From the IMG/VR virus record IMGVR_UViG_3300002307_000090, positions 1 to 44,104 of that record: a DNA stretch of 44,104 bases. One strand, 5' to 3'. The position numbers and the translations under genes were made by a program. Numbering within the stretch: the stretch's first letter is position 1; every line of letters begins with the position of its first letter. Source of the DNA: a virus (taxonomy: Duplodnaviria > Caudoviricetes). Shown here one piece after another: positions 20,568-30,513 of this stretch. A model generated the notes under the pieces. The model saw only the letters and a list, made by a program, of their open reading frames with translations, made no database searches and was not told where the DNA came from.

Positions 20568-21458
20568 ATGAACTTAAAAGAATTAGATTCCTTCAAAATG
20601 AGTGACGCTGTTGTATTACACGACACGCTGAACCCTGCACTATTCAATGACGAACACATGCGTAGTGATGTTCGTGCAAAACTGCTGGAGATTGCAGAAG
20701 AGTTTATCGACTATCTTGGTGTTTCAAATCTAGATGTTCGAGATATTACTATCTCAGGTAGCAACGCAGCATACTCATACACACCGCACAGCGACATTGA
20801 TCTACATATCATTGCAGACATGTCCAAGTTCAACAATGATGCCATATATCGTGAGTTGTTTACGGCAAAAAAGAATCTGTTCAACGCTGATCACAATATC
20901 AAAGTTAGAGGTTACGATGTTGAACTGTATGTTCAAGACAGTTCAAAACCTGTTCGCAGTCTTGGCGAGTACAGTGTTGAACACAACAAGTGGATCAAGT
21001 TCCCATCAAAGAAACGTGCAAACTTAGATCACTCATCAGTCGAAAACAAGTTTAAGAAGTTGGTCCAATTGGGACAACTGGCACTACGCTCGTCTGACAT
21101 TGACGCATTGAGCGATGTACTATCAACACTCAAGCGATATCGTCAAGCAGGTCTTGATGAACACGGTGAGTTTGGACCCGAGAATCTTGCGTATAAAGCA
21201 CTGCGCTCACAGGGACTGGTAGACAAACTGTACAGTCACATGGATGTACTCAAGAGCAAGCAGTTGAGTCTTGACGAGCAACTCTATGAAGCCAGTGGTT
21301 ACATCCCATCCGAGAAAGAAAAGAATGATCCACGCTTCAAGACAGCTCTGACAGTTGACGTACACCCAGATAGTATACAGCAAAATGCCAAAAAACTGGG
21401 TTCAAAGATAGCTCGAAGTGGTGTACCACCCACACTAAAACCATCAGGCAAGATATAA
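20568..21458 (+). CDS. Pol-beta-superfamily nucleotidyltransferase
   Basis: ITISGSNA...SDIDLHI (GS..DxD) and third acidic residue in VELYVQD; late promoter ACTAAATA at 20555-20562. Confidence 0.8.
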   Translation: MNLKELDSFKMSDAVVLHDTLNPALFNDEHMRSDVRAKLLEIAEEFIDYLGVSNLDVRDITISGSNAAYSYTPHSDIDLHIIADMSKFNNDAIYRELFTAKKNLFNADHNIKVRGYDVELYVQDSSKPVRSLGEYSVEHNKWIKFPSKKRANLDHSSVENKFKKLVQLGQLALRSSDIDALSDVLSTLKRYRQAGLDEHGEFGPENLAYKALRSQGLVDKLYSHMDVLKSKQLSLDEQLYEASGYIPSEKEKNDPRFKTALTVDVHPDSIQQNAKKLGSKIARSGVPPTLKPSGKI

Positions 21459-21517
21459 ATTTTTCCACTATAGGTAGTGAATATAAATAAATTCACTAAC
21501 CATCAAGGAATATTTTT

Positions 21518-22210
21518 ATGATCGACGCAGCACAAACAGTAGATACCGTTAAGTTACGCTTTTACGTAGACTGGCTTTATCAAAATCACATTTATGATGA
21601 GGGCGACAGCGGCTTTCATAAAGACTTAACCAGTCAAATCGTCAAGCAATACATCGACCCAATCAATCTTAAGAAAGATGCCAAGATCATTGACTTAGGA
21701 TGTGGCCCTGGATACTTTCTTGATGAAATGAAAGCTCGTGAGTACACCAATTTGATTGGCATCACACTATCACCTGGCGATATCAAGATGTGTCAAGAAA
21801 AAGGTCACACAGTTCAAGCTCTTGATTTGACATTTTTGCCACAATCACAGGGTTACGATGACGAGTCAGTAGACTTTATCTTCTTGCGTCATGCTCTTGA
21901 ACACTCACCCTATCCTATCATTTCATTGATGGAATACAATCGTGTACTCAAGCAAGATTCAAAGATTTATATCGAAGTACCAGCTCCTGACTGTGATCGT
22001 AGACACGAATGGAACTTGAATCACTATTCAATTCTTGGAGCTAATCAGTTAGCAGCACTGTTGAATCGCACAGGCTTTGACATCGATGACTTCAAGACAA
22101 TTGAATTTGATCTAACAATTGGACAAAAGGAAGATGGCACACCTAATGTTGCACGTGAACGGTTTTACTGTATCGTAGCAACTAAGAAACGCCCACTTGA
22201 TATCAAATAA
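21518..22210 (+). CDS. Class I SAM-dependent methyltransferase
   Basis: IIDLGCGPG, VDFIFLRHALEH, RVLK; TATAAATA at 21482-21489. Confidence 0.85.
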   Translation: MIDAAQTVDTVKLRFYVDWLYQNHIYDEGDSGFHKDLTSQIVKQYIDPINLKKDAKIIDLGCGPGYFLDEMKAREYTNLIGITLSPGDIKMCQEKGHTVQALDLTFLPQSQGYDDESVDFIFLRHALEHSPYPIISLMEYNRVLKQDSKIYIEVPAPDCDRRHEWNLNHYSILGANQLAALLNRTGFDIDDFKTIEFDLTIGQKEDGTPNVARERFYCIVATKKRPLDIK

Positions 22211-22235
22211 GCACTTTATACCGTTATAAATAACA

Positions 22236-22262
22236 AACCCTAGCATAATACCTAGGGTTTTT
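22236..22262 (+). terminator. Hairpin/terminator between two late promoters
   Basis: AACCCTAG...CTAGGGTT plus T-tract; TATAAATA at 22225-22232 and GCTAAATA at 22272-22279. Confidence 0.6.
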
Positions 22263-22286
22263 GCGTAATTGGCTAAATACTTTACT

Positions 22287-22613
22287 ATGGCCACACAATT
22301 TTACAGAACGCTTGATGATATTATAAAACTCAAGCAAGAGAATCAGCAACGACTTCAAGATCGAGTTGCTGACATAAATGAAAATACTGCTAACTCATCA
22401 TATGATGACGAACTAGCAGCACTTAAATCAAATTTAAAAACAATCGGAGTGAGCAATTCACTCACAGAGCAATCAATTGAAGACAAGTTCATTGATAAGA
22501 GCAAGCGTTTAGAGTTCATACGTGAACACAATATTAAACACGGCTCACCACGCTGGTTTCGGGTCATGTACGCACGACCAGAACTGACCGGCGAAGATCC
22601 ATTCGGAGAATAA
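22287..22613 (+). CDS. Hypothetical late protein
   Basis: 108 aa from ATG 22287; INE and LTE sites; NIKHGSPRWF C-terminal motif. Confidence 0.65.
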   Translation: MATQFYRTLDDIIKLKQENQQRLQDRVADINENTANSSYDDELAALKSNLKTIGVSNSLTEQSIEDKFIDKSKRLEFIREHNIKHGSPRWFRVMYARPELTGEDPFGE

Positions 22614-22614
22614 C

Positions 22615-24177
22615 ATGGCAGATGACAATAAATTCGTCAGACCAAAGGGAGTTCAGATCAGTCTGTCCTCACAACAAGTACAAGAGTATGTAAAGTGCTG
22701 CCATCCTGATACAGGGTATGAGTACTTTATGCGAAACTATTTTTACATACAACACCCAGTAATGGGGCAGTTGTTATATAATCCCTATGACTTTCAGATC
22801 AAACTGATTGACAACTATCACGCAAACAGATTCTCGGTATCAATGATGCCACGCCAGACAGGTAAAACAACCTCCGCTGCAGGCTACCTCTTATGGTACG
22901 CTATGTTTCACCCTGATAAGACAGTACTGATCGCAGCTCATCAATACTCGGGCGCACAAGAAATCATGGATCGTATTCGTTACGCATACGAAATGTGTCC
23001 ATTCTGGTTGAAAGCTGGAGTTGAAACATACAACAAGGGCAACATTGACTTTGAAAACAAATCACGCATTGTAGCACGAGCAACCACTGAAAAGACCGGT
23101 CGTGGTATGTCACTATCCCTACTGTATCTTGACGAGTTCGCATTCGTGCGACCATCAATAGCAAAAGAATTCTGGACTTCAATATCACCTACACTATCTA
23201 CTGGTGGTAAATGTATTATCACATCAACCCCTAATAGTGATGAAGATCAGTTTGCAACAATTTGGAAACAAGCCAACAAGAAAGTCGATGAGTATGGAAA
23301 TCCCACACCAGTTGGCGTCAATGGCTTTTCGCCCTTTAGGGCGGAGTGGTGGGAACACCCAGATCGTGACGAAAAATGGAAGACAGAAGAGATCGGTAAG
23401 ATCGGTGAAGAACGTTTTCGTCGTGAACATGGTCTTGAGTTTATTATCGATGAAGAAACTCTTATCGACAGTCTTGTATTGAGCAGACTGAATGCAGTAG
23501 ACCCACAGTACAAGACAGGTCAAGTACGCTGGTTCAAGAAACCCTCAAAAGAGCATATCTATACCGTTGCACTAGACCCATCAATGGGTACAGGCGGTGA
23601 CCCTGCTGCTATTCAAGTGTTTGAAGCAGATACAGGAGATCAAGTTGCAGAGTGGAGACACAATAAGACTCCTATCCCTGAGCAAATCATTCTACTGGCT
23701 GACATTTGTGGACGAATACACGAAGACACTGGTGGCAAAGCACCTATATACTACTCACTTGAGAACAACTCTATAGGCGAGGGCGCATTGATCTCATTAT
23801 CAGAGTACGGTGAAGAGAACATCAAGGGTAGTATGCTGAGTGAGCCCAAGCGACTTGGACAAACTCGCAGATATCGTCGTGGTTTTGAAACATCACAGCG
23901 CAGCAAGCTAGATGCTTGTTCAAAACTCAAGAACTTGCTTGAGAATGACAAGCTGCGTATTCAATCACAACTGCTGATCTCAGAACTCAAGACGTTTGTT
24001 GCTGCACGTGGTAGCTATGCTGCCAAGATCGGAGAAACAGATGACTTGGTCATGAGTACATTGCTGGCAATCAGAATGTTTCAGAATCTACAAACATATC
24101 ACGTTGACATCAATAAGCATATACGTGATCACGTTGAAAGAATTGAGCCAATGCCGTTCTTTGCCATGATAGGATAA
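22615..24177 (+). CDS. terL: Terminase large subunit (T4 gp17-like)
   Basis: PRQTGKT Walker A, YLDEFAF Walker B, TSTPN, ALDPS and DDLV nuclease motifs. Confidence 0.95.
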   Translation: MADDNKFVRPKGVQISLSSQQVQEYVKCCHPDTGYEYFMRNYFYIQHPVMGQLLYNPYDFQIKLIDNYHANRFSVSMMPRQTGKTTSAAGYLLWYAMFHPDKTVLIAAHQYSGAQEIMDRIRYAYEMCPFWLKAGVETYNKGNIDFENKSRIVARATTEKTGRGMSLSLLYLDEFAFVRPSIAKEFWTSISPTLSTGGKCIITSTPNSDEDQFATIWKQANKKVDEYGNPTPVGVNGFSPFRAEWWEHPDRDEKWKTEEIGKIGEERFRREHGLEFIIDEETLIDSLVLSRLNAVDPQYKTGQVRWFKKPSKEHIYTVALDPSMGTGGDPAAIQVFEADTGDQVAEWRHNKTPIPEQIILLADICGRIHEDTGGKAPIYYSLENNSIGEGALISLSEYGEENIKGSMLSEPKRLGQTRRYRRGFETSQRSKLDACSKLKNLLENDKLRIQSQLLISELKTFVAARGSYAAKIGETDDLVMSTLLAIRMFQNLQTYHVDINKHIRDHVERIEPMPFFAMIG

Positions 24178-24228
24178 TACCCTCTGTGCGTAGTTTTGAT
24201 AAATAATAGATAACCTAGAGAATTCACT

Positions 24229-25764
24229 ATGCCAAAAAGTCCTAAATCAATCAACGCTGATCTGTATAACCTACTAGACAGTCGCGGATTCAACATTAGC
24301 ATGAAGGCCAGTAGCGGTAAAGCCGTTCCTGTGCCCGAAGAAGCTGATGTGTTTGAGTTTGAATTTCAAATTGGCGATCATGATTACGGTACTGTCACTC
24401 TTACCATTGACGGTCTAAAAGACTTGATCGTATACTTTGGTAAGGGTGTTTCTAACACTAGCAGCGGAGAACAAAACAGTTGGGTGCAGTTTGTCAAGCA
24501 AATCAAGAAGTTTGCAATGCGTCATCAACTAGGGTTCAAGCTCAAAGACATGGATCGTTTGGAAAAAGATATGAAATTTCGTGATCACACAAAAAAGATA
24601 GACGAGGGATACTACGGCAACAAGCACACATCATACAGCGACAACGGCCCACCATCGATCAAGATGATTCTCAAGCACAACAAGCAGCTTGAAGAGGGTG
24701 ATGCACGATATCGCTATGTTCAGCGCATCTTTCTTGAAAATGAAATGGGCGAACGTGTACTGGTACCATCAACAAAGCCATCAGTAGGTCGTGCATTTGC
24801 AAGACATCTTGCAGAGGGTGGTCAATACAACGATGAACGCTGGAAGCACATTGCGGAAATCACAGAAGACATCAAGAAGCTGGGTGGATTTGTTCGTGCA
24901 ACACGCACATCACAGTTCAACGAGTCAGTACAGCGCATTGTCACAGAAGCAACTACACACTATAAGAACTTGCGTGAGACAATGAAGCGTCTTGCAAGTG
25001 GGCGTGGATACAACACGTACTTTGAGTCATGGACTCCAACACTCATGGAAGATCAGGACACAGCAAGCTTGACAGAACTGTTCAAACATAGTACACTAGA
25101 CACTAGAATCGAAACAGCAATCCCAGTACTGAGCAGACTCAACATTGCAATCACTGAGAACAGTGACATTGACATGTTTGAAGCATGGGCAAACAACATT
25201 ATCGACGAAGCATTGATCCCAAGTCAACCTGATCAACAAGACACTCTGATTGATTTGTTGGGACCTGACTCAGATTTCATGCCATTGGGTCCTGATGGCG
25301 GCAGCGCAATCGGTGAATTGATGGGCGTGCTTGAAGACGAAGAACTCAATGATCGTTTACGCACAGCAGCAAAGCGTGATCCAAATCGTGACGCAAAGCC
25401 TATTATCACTGGATGGATGTCAGAGCAAAACGGCGAATCATATGATGAGATTCTTGATCAGATCGAGCCACGCAGTGATGGGAAAGTTGATCATGACGAA
25501 AGCGAACCTGAACCAGAAGTCAGCAGTGACGAACCTGAAGTCAGCAGCGATGATCAAGATGAGTTGCCAGATTTGCCACCAATGCCAGAAGAACCAGGCG
25601 CAGCACCAGCACAGAATGGTCAATTGCCAGAGTTGCCTGATCTACCACCAATGCCTCCAGTAAAAGAAGAGCACTTATTCCGTGATCCTAACATTCGTGC
25701 TCTTAAGTATCCAGCACAGGTCAATGAATCGCTAGAACGAATCAAGCGTCTAAGTGGTTTGTAA
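24229..25764 (+). CDS. Late acidic protein, probably head-associated
   Basis: 511 aa. GATAAATA at 24198-24205; IDEG/FNES/LMED/ITEN/VNES sites; Pro-rich repeats; C-terminal LERIKRLSGL. Confidence 0.6.
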   Translation: MPKSPKSINADLYNLLDSRGFNISMKASSGKAVPVPEEADVFEFEFQIGDHDYGTVTLTIDGLKDLIVYFGKGVSNTSSGEQNSWVQFVKQIKKFAMRHQLGFKLKDMDRLEKDMKFRDHTKKIDEGYYGNKHTSYSDNGPPSIKMILKHNKQLEEGDARYRYVQRIFLENEMGERVLVPSTKPSVGRAFARHLAEGGQYNDERWKHIAEITEDIKKLGGFVRATRTSQFNESVQRIVTEATTHYKNLRETMKRLASGRGYNTYFESWTPTLMEDQDTASLTELFKHSTLDTRIETAIPVLSRLNIAITENSDIDMFEAWANNIIDEALIPSQPDQQDTLIDLLGPDSDFMPLGPDGGSAIGELMGVLEDEELNDRLRTAAKRDPNRDAKPIITGWMSEQNGESYDEILDQIEPRSDGKVDHDESEPEPEVSSDEPEVSSDDQDELPDLPPMPEEPGAAPAQNGQLPELPDLPPMPPVKEEHLFRDPNIRALKYPAQVNESLERIKRLSGL

Positions 25765-25766
25765 TC

Positions 25767-27752
25767 ATGAAAGAGCTGAAACTATTTGAAAGTTGGGCCG
25801 ATGGTGTCATTGGAAAATACAGTGAAAGCAAAACTGTTCTCACAGAGGGCAAGGGTCACTTAGATCATCCAGAAGATGCAATCTTTCTTGGCGGCCCACA
25901 GTATGCTCAAACCGCAGTCAAGTCTATTGTCAAAACAGCAAAGACTCCATCAACTGTAACCATCAAGTGGGACGGATATCCTGCTCTGATCTTTGGTCGT
26001 GGACCCGATGGCAAGTTTGCAATATTGGACAAGCATATGTTCAACAAAGCAGGCGGTGAAGCACGTAAGGTATACTCTCCGCAACAATTTATGGCATACG
26101 ATCATGCACGTGGCGCAGATCGTGGTGACTTGTACACAATCATTCAAAACATTTGGAAAGGATTGGCACAAGAAGATCAATCACTGGGCTATTACTGGGG
26201 AGATTTTCTTTTCTCTAAGCCACTAGAAGCACAAAACGGTCTGTACACATTCAAGGCAAACCCAAACGGCATTACATATACAGTTGATGTCAACAGCACA
26301 GTGGGCAAATTGATCACAAACAAGATTGCAGGCGTTGCAGTTCATCAATTTATCCCAGCAGATGCAGCAAGCACAGATGATGCAGTAAGTCTCAACGGTA
26401 CAATCGGCAATTTGAAAAACACATCCAACGTTGCAATTGTACCAAGCGCAATGCCAAACGCAGTCAAGATTCCCGTAGACACAGCACTTGTCAATAAGTG
26501 TTTGTCAGAAATAAGCGCAGCAGGTCCCGGCATCACTCAATTGATGACTGCTCCACAAGGAACAAAAGCTTTTTACAACTCTAACTTGTTCACAGTATAT
26601 ATCAATCAACGTGTTGTTAGCGGTGATCTAAGTCGCAGAACACTGGCATCAGGGTTCATGAAGTTTGCACAAGATCGTATTGCTAAGAGCAAAATAAGTG
26701 AAGCTGCAAAACAAAAATTGCTGCAACACTTGAATGAAAACAAAAAAGCAATTGTAGATGCGTTCAATATTTGGGCAGACGTATACAATTTGAAAAACAC
26801 AGTTGTCAACAAGCTAGATCAAGCAAGCAAGAGCAGTCCTGTCAAAGGATACTTGCAAGACGGAACACAAACTCAAGAGGGCTTTGTTGCAAATGGATTC
26901 AAGTTCGTTGACAGAATGGGCTTCAGTCGTCAAAACTTGGCCGCTGTTAGCAATCGTCCAGTCAATGAAGCAAGTGGCAAAAAACCCACACGCACAATTG
27001 CAATATATCCAGGACGATTTCACCCTTTTCACAAGGGTCATGCCGCCAGTTTCAAACAACTAGCTCAAAAGTACGGGCCAGAGAATACGTTTCTATCATT
27101 GAGCGCAAAACAAGAACAGCCTAAGAGTCCATTCACAGCACAAGAACGTGCAAAAATGGCACGTGCAGTAGGCATACCAGCAAAGAACATTCTAAGCGTT
27201 GTAAATCCCTACAAGAACGATGAATATATTTCAAAATTAAAATTGGATCCAGATGCAACACGAATGGTGTTTGGCGTCAGTCAAAAAGACATGGCCACTG
27301 ACCCACGCTTTGCATTCAAGCCCAAGAAAGACGGTTCAGCATCGTACTTTCAACCTGCTGACAAGAATGCAACACAGCCTATGAGTCAACATGCGTACAT
27401 TGATACTACTGACACAGTAGACTTCCCTATCGCAGGCCAGAGTATGCGTGATGCCAGCAGTATCAGATCAGCGTATGCAAGCGCAGATGAAAAGACAAGA
27501 ATCAAAATTCTTCAAGACTTGTACGGTAAAAATTACGCAGCAATCAAACCTATATTCGATCAAGGTTTGGGCACACTGAACGAGGGTGACAATCCAAATT
27601 TCTTTGGTTTTGGTGGCGGAAGTTCATCAGCGATCCCAGGAACTCCACTTGATTTGCAACCACAACCTACCAAGCGTCAAAAGAAAATTGCAAGCATCAA
27701 CTCTGCACTGACAAAGAAGTTCACGCAGCGTCGTAAGTCAGAAGAAGAATAA
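25767..27752 (+). CDS. Fusion of an ATP-dependent RNA-ligase-like nucleotidyltransferase and a HIGH-family (NMNAT/cytidylyltransferase-like) domain
   Basis: KWDG, WGDFLF, EGFV, KFVDR ligase-type motifs, then YPGRFHPFHKGH, PFTAQER, ASSIR. Confidence 0.75.
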   Translation: MKELKLFESWADGVIGKYSESKTVLTEGKGHLDHPEDAIFLGGPQYAQTAVKSIVKTAKTPSTVTIKWDGYPALIFGRGPDGKFAILDKHMFNKAGGEARKVYSPQQFMAYDHARGADRGDLYTIIQNIWKGLAQEDQSLGYYWGDFLFSKPLEAQNGLYTFKANPNGITYTVDVNSTVGKLITNKIAGVAVHQFIPADAASTDDAVSLNGTIGNLKNTSNVAIVPSAMPNAVKIPVDTALVNKCLSEISAAGPGITQLMTAPQGTKAFYNSNLFTVYINQRVVSGDLSRRTLASGFMKFAQDRIAKSKISEAAKQKLLQHLNENKKAIVDAFNIWADVYNLKNTVVNKLDQASKSSPVKGYLQDGTQTQEGFVANGFKFVDRMGFSRQNLAAVSNRPVNEASGKKPTRTIAIYPGRFHPFHKGHAASFKQLAQKYGPENTFLSLSAKQEQPKSPFTAQERAKMARAVGIPAKNILSVVNPYKNDEYISKLKLDPDATRMVFGVSQKDMATDPRFAFKPKKDGSASYFQPADKNATQPMSQHAYIDTTDTVDFPIAGQSMRDASSIRSAYASADEKTRIKILQDLYGKNYAAIKPIFDQGLGTLNEGDNPNFFGFGGGSSSAIPGTPLDLQPQPTKRQKKIASINSALTKKFTQRRKSEEE

Positions 27753-27760
27753 ATATAAGC

Positions 27761-30502
27761 ATGAGATATTATCAGATACAACTTGATGAAGTACGTATGG
27801 CTCCGTCAAACTTGAAACAGTTTGCCAACAGCAAAGAGGCAGAGGGCATCATGGCCGGCTTTGAAGCTGAAGTTATATTTCGTGGAGCAAACGGCTCCAA
27901 CTATTCTGAAGAATCTGAACCTGATTATGATCTAGATCAACGTACACGCGGAATTAGCAGCGTTATAAACTTCTTTGAGGGTAATGGAGAATATAACAGT
28001 GATAATGATCTTCGTCGTCTAGAAGAAGAACTTCAAAACGATTACTATGAGTGGCTAGGAGAAGCATCATCAGAATACTTTTTTGCAAATGCAAATCGCA
28101 TTGTCAAAGATTATATTGAGGAAAGTGACGAATGGGATTGGGACGACGCCATCACTGAAGCTCTTGAGAATGAGGGATACTCGGAAGAAGATATTGCCGC
28201 AGCATTTGCAGCAAAGAAAGCTATATACGCTGCACGAGCAAAATACGATGATGATGCACTGGACGCGGCTCGCAAGAAATACGCAGAAGCATTTGGTATC
28301 TGGGTAGATGGTCAAACACTTGCTGGCGATATGCTTGATAAACAAGTCGAAGAAACTATCGAGAAACAAGACAAACTGTACTATGAAGCACAAGAAAATG
28401 CTCGTGAAGCATTTGAAGAGTCTAGTGACGGTGATACTGAAGAGTGGATGAACAGCGTAGGTCTACGTCACATGACCGATATCGTGAATAGATACGCCAT
28501 TGAGTGGCCCTACTGGACACAAGGTAATGAAGACAACGAGGGTACATTCACAGTAGAAGCGGCCGAACGCATGGCAGCTAGTTTTCAAAAAATATTGCCA
28601 GCGGGTCAAAAGATCAAAGTGACTAACTGGGCTGGCAAAGATAAAGAACACGACACTTGGTATTTTGAAAGTGATGGGTCAATTGAGCCAGATGATTATA
28701 ATGATTTGGCATGTGAGATTGTATCTCCGCCTATGCCGTTGAAAGAATGTCTAGAGATGCTTGACAAGTTTTTTACATGGCTCAAAACTGAAGACGGATA
28801 CACCAATGATAGTACTGGCTTTCACATGGGCGTTAGTATGCCTGAGCAAGATACATCAAAAATCGATTTTACAAAGCTGGCACTATTCTTGGGCGATAAG
28901 CACGTACTTGAAGAGTTTGGTCGTTTGGGCAATACATATTGTAAGTCAGCACTGGGCATCATTGAAAACCGCTTATCTCAGGGCGATGTTGATCCAAAGA
29001 AAGTATTAGAATACTTGAAAGAAGGTCTGAACAAAACTGCAAGCTCACTGTTGATGCAATCTACTGGTTTTGGAAAATTCGTAAGTATCAATCCAAAAGA
29101 AAAATACATTGAGTTTCGCAGTGCAGGTAACGAAGACTACTCAGAGAACATATCTAAACTACAAGATACATTGAGTCGTTATGCACAGTCAATGTACATT
29201 GCCTCGCATCCTAATATGTATCGTAAAGAATACGAAAAGAAGCTGTACAAACTATTAGAGCCTACTGAAAAAGATTTTCGTGCTGCAAAAGAAATATCAA
29301 GATTTTCTGCGGGATTCTTAGACGATACTGAAATTGCTCAATGGTACGCTTGGTTGAAAAAGAAATTAGAAAAGTCACAAACCAATCGTGTGGCTAAAAA
29401 GGGCGATCAGTTGATGTCTTGGAAAGTAACGAGCAAGCGCAACCCTTATATTAGCTTAGATGTACTGGCAATGAACGAAGAAGAGGCTATTGAAGCTGCT
29501 CAAGATGGCGATAAACAATTTGCAAGATATGAACTTCATACTCTTTCTGCTGATCCAGTTCGTCGTGCAACCGAAGATGAAGTATATCGGTACAAGGCTT
29601 CAAAACGAGCCAAAGAGAACAAGACTGCTAAAGGTACGCAATGGGAAGTGTACAACAAAGAAACTGGCAAAGCAGTGTATCGATTCAATAACCCAGAAAA
29701 TACAATTCAAAGTGGGATTGGTGCTGCACTAGAGTGGTACAATGATTTATCGCCCGATGAACGCCCAGCCGAGGCTCGTCAACTAGGAGTCAGACCTGCT
29801 CAAGAAGGACTTCCAGGTACAAAATCACGTTATCGTGTACGCAATACACGAACTAGTAGTACTGCAACAACCACTGAGGCATTTGCATCACCAGAAGAGG
29901 CTATTGCTTGGGCTCGTCGTCGTTCACCTGATACCTTTCCGTTTGAAGACGATGTTACAGCCGAACCGTTGGCATTACCGGTTGCTCCTCCCGCGACTGA
30001 GGCTGATCCAAACGGAAACTTTGTCATTCGTAGAAAAGATGAAGATGGTCGCCCGATCGGACCAATCTTGTTCAGATTTCGCGCACCAGCAATCAACGAT
30101 GCTGCTCAGATAGCACTGCAATGGTCACGAAATAATAATCTACAAAATCAAGTGCGATTAAGTCACGTTGGAGATGTTCCAGTTGAGTTATTAAACCCTC
30201 ATGAGCGTAATCACGCTCAACGAGAATTAGACGACGCCTCATCAAGAGCAGAAACCCCAGTCACGCAAGGAGAATGGGGCGGCGCACCAGCCAGCGCACA
30301 AGATTCAAGAGCAACAGACTCGGCCCAAGCTGGAGAAAATTTCACAGGTCGTTGGGAAATTCGCAATCGTAATACTGGAGAAGTGCTACACACTCTTACT
30401 GGTATTGGCAACAGCGTGAATGTAGCCAGATTCGGTGCTCAACGATGGGCAGAACGAACTGGGTATGATGACGAGTTCGTAGTGCGCCCAGTTTTTAGCT
30501 AA
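27761..30502 (+). CDS. Putative amidoligase (COOH-NH2 ligase, glutamine-synthetase-like fold) with C-terminal repeats
   Basis: GFEAE, ESDGSI, EIVSPP, STGFHMGVS, KFVSIN, IEFRS motifs; AATAAATA at 27748-27755. Confidence 0.8.
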   Translation: MRYYQIQLDEVRMAPSNLKQFANSKEAEGIMAGFEAEVIFRGANGSNYSEESEPDYDLDQRTRGISSVINFFEGNGEYNSDNDLRRLEEELQNDYYEWLGEASSEYFFANANRIVKDYIEESDEWDWDDAITEALENEGYSEEDIAAAFAAKKAIYAARAKYDDDALDAARKKYAEAFGIWVDGQTLAGDMLDKQVEETIEKQDKLYYEAQENAREAFEESSDGDTEEWMNSVGLRHMTDIVNRYAIEWPYWTQGNEDNEGTFTVEAAERMAASFQKILPAGQKIKVTNWAGKDKEHDTWYFESDGSIEPDDYNDLACEIVSPPMPLKECLEMLDKFFTWLKTEDGYTNDSTGFHMGVSMPEQDTSKIDFTKLALFLGDKHVLEEFGRLGNTYCKSALGIIENRLSQGDVDPKKVLEYLKEGLNKTASSLLMQSTGFGKFVSINPKEKYIEFRSAGNEDYSENISKLQDTLSRYAQSMYIASHPNMYRKEYEKKLYKLLEPTEKDFRAAKEISRFSAGFLDDTEIAQWYAWLKKKLEKSQTNRVAKKGDQLMSWKVTSKRNPYISLDVLAMNEEEAIEAAQDGDKQFARYELHTLSADPVRRATEDEVYRYKASKRAKENKTAKGTQWEVYNKETGKAVYRFNNPENTIQSGIGAALEWYNDLSPDERPAEARQLGVRPAQEGLPGTKSRYRVRNTRTSSTATTTEAFASPEEAIAWARRRSPDTFPFEDDVTAEPLALPVAPPATEADPNGNFVIRRKDEDGRPIGPILFRFRAPAINDAAQIALQWSRNNNLQNQVRLSHVGDVPVELLNPHERNHAQRELDDASSRAETPVTQGEWGGAPASAQDSRATDSAQAGENFTGRWEIRNRNTGEVLHTLTGIGNSVNVARFGAQRWAERTGYDDEFVVRPVFS

Positions 30503-30513
30503 TAGGAAATAGT

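Noticed and set aside
21518-22210. DNA methyltransferase or restriction-modification system
   Set aside because: Lacks DNA-MTase catalytic motifs; the neighbouring nuclease is of homing type.
22615-24177. Intron or intein in terminase, UvsX, UvsW or primase
   Set aside because: Lengths and motif spacing are normal, with no insertions.
25504-25656. EPEVSSD and ELPDLPPMP duplications
   Set aside because: Short coding repeats in a disordered linker; not an array or mobile element.
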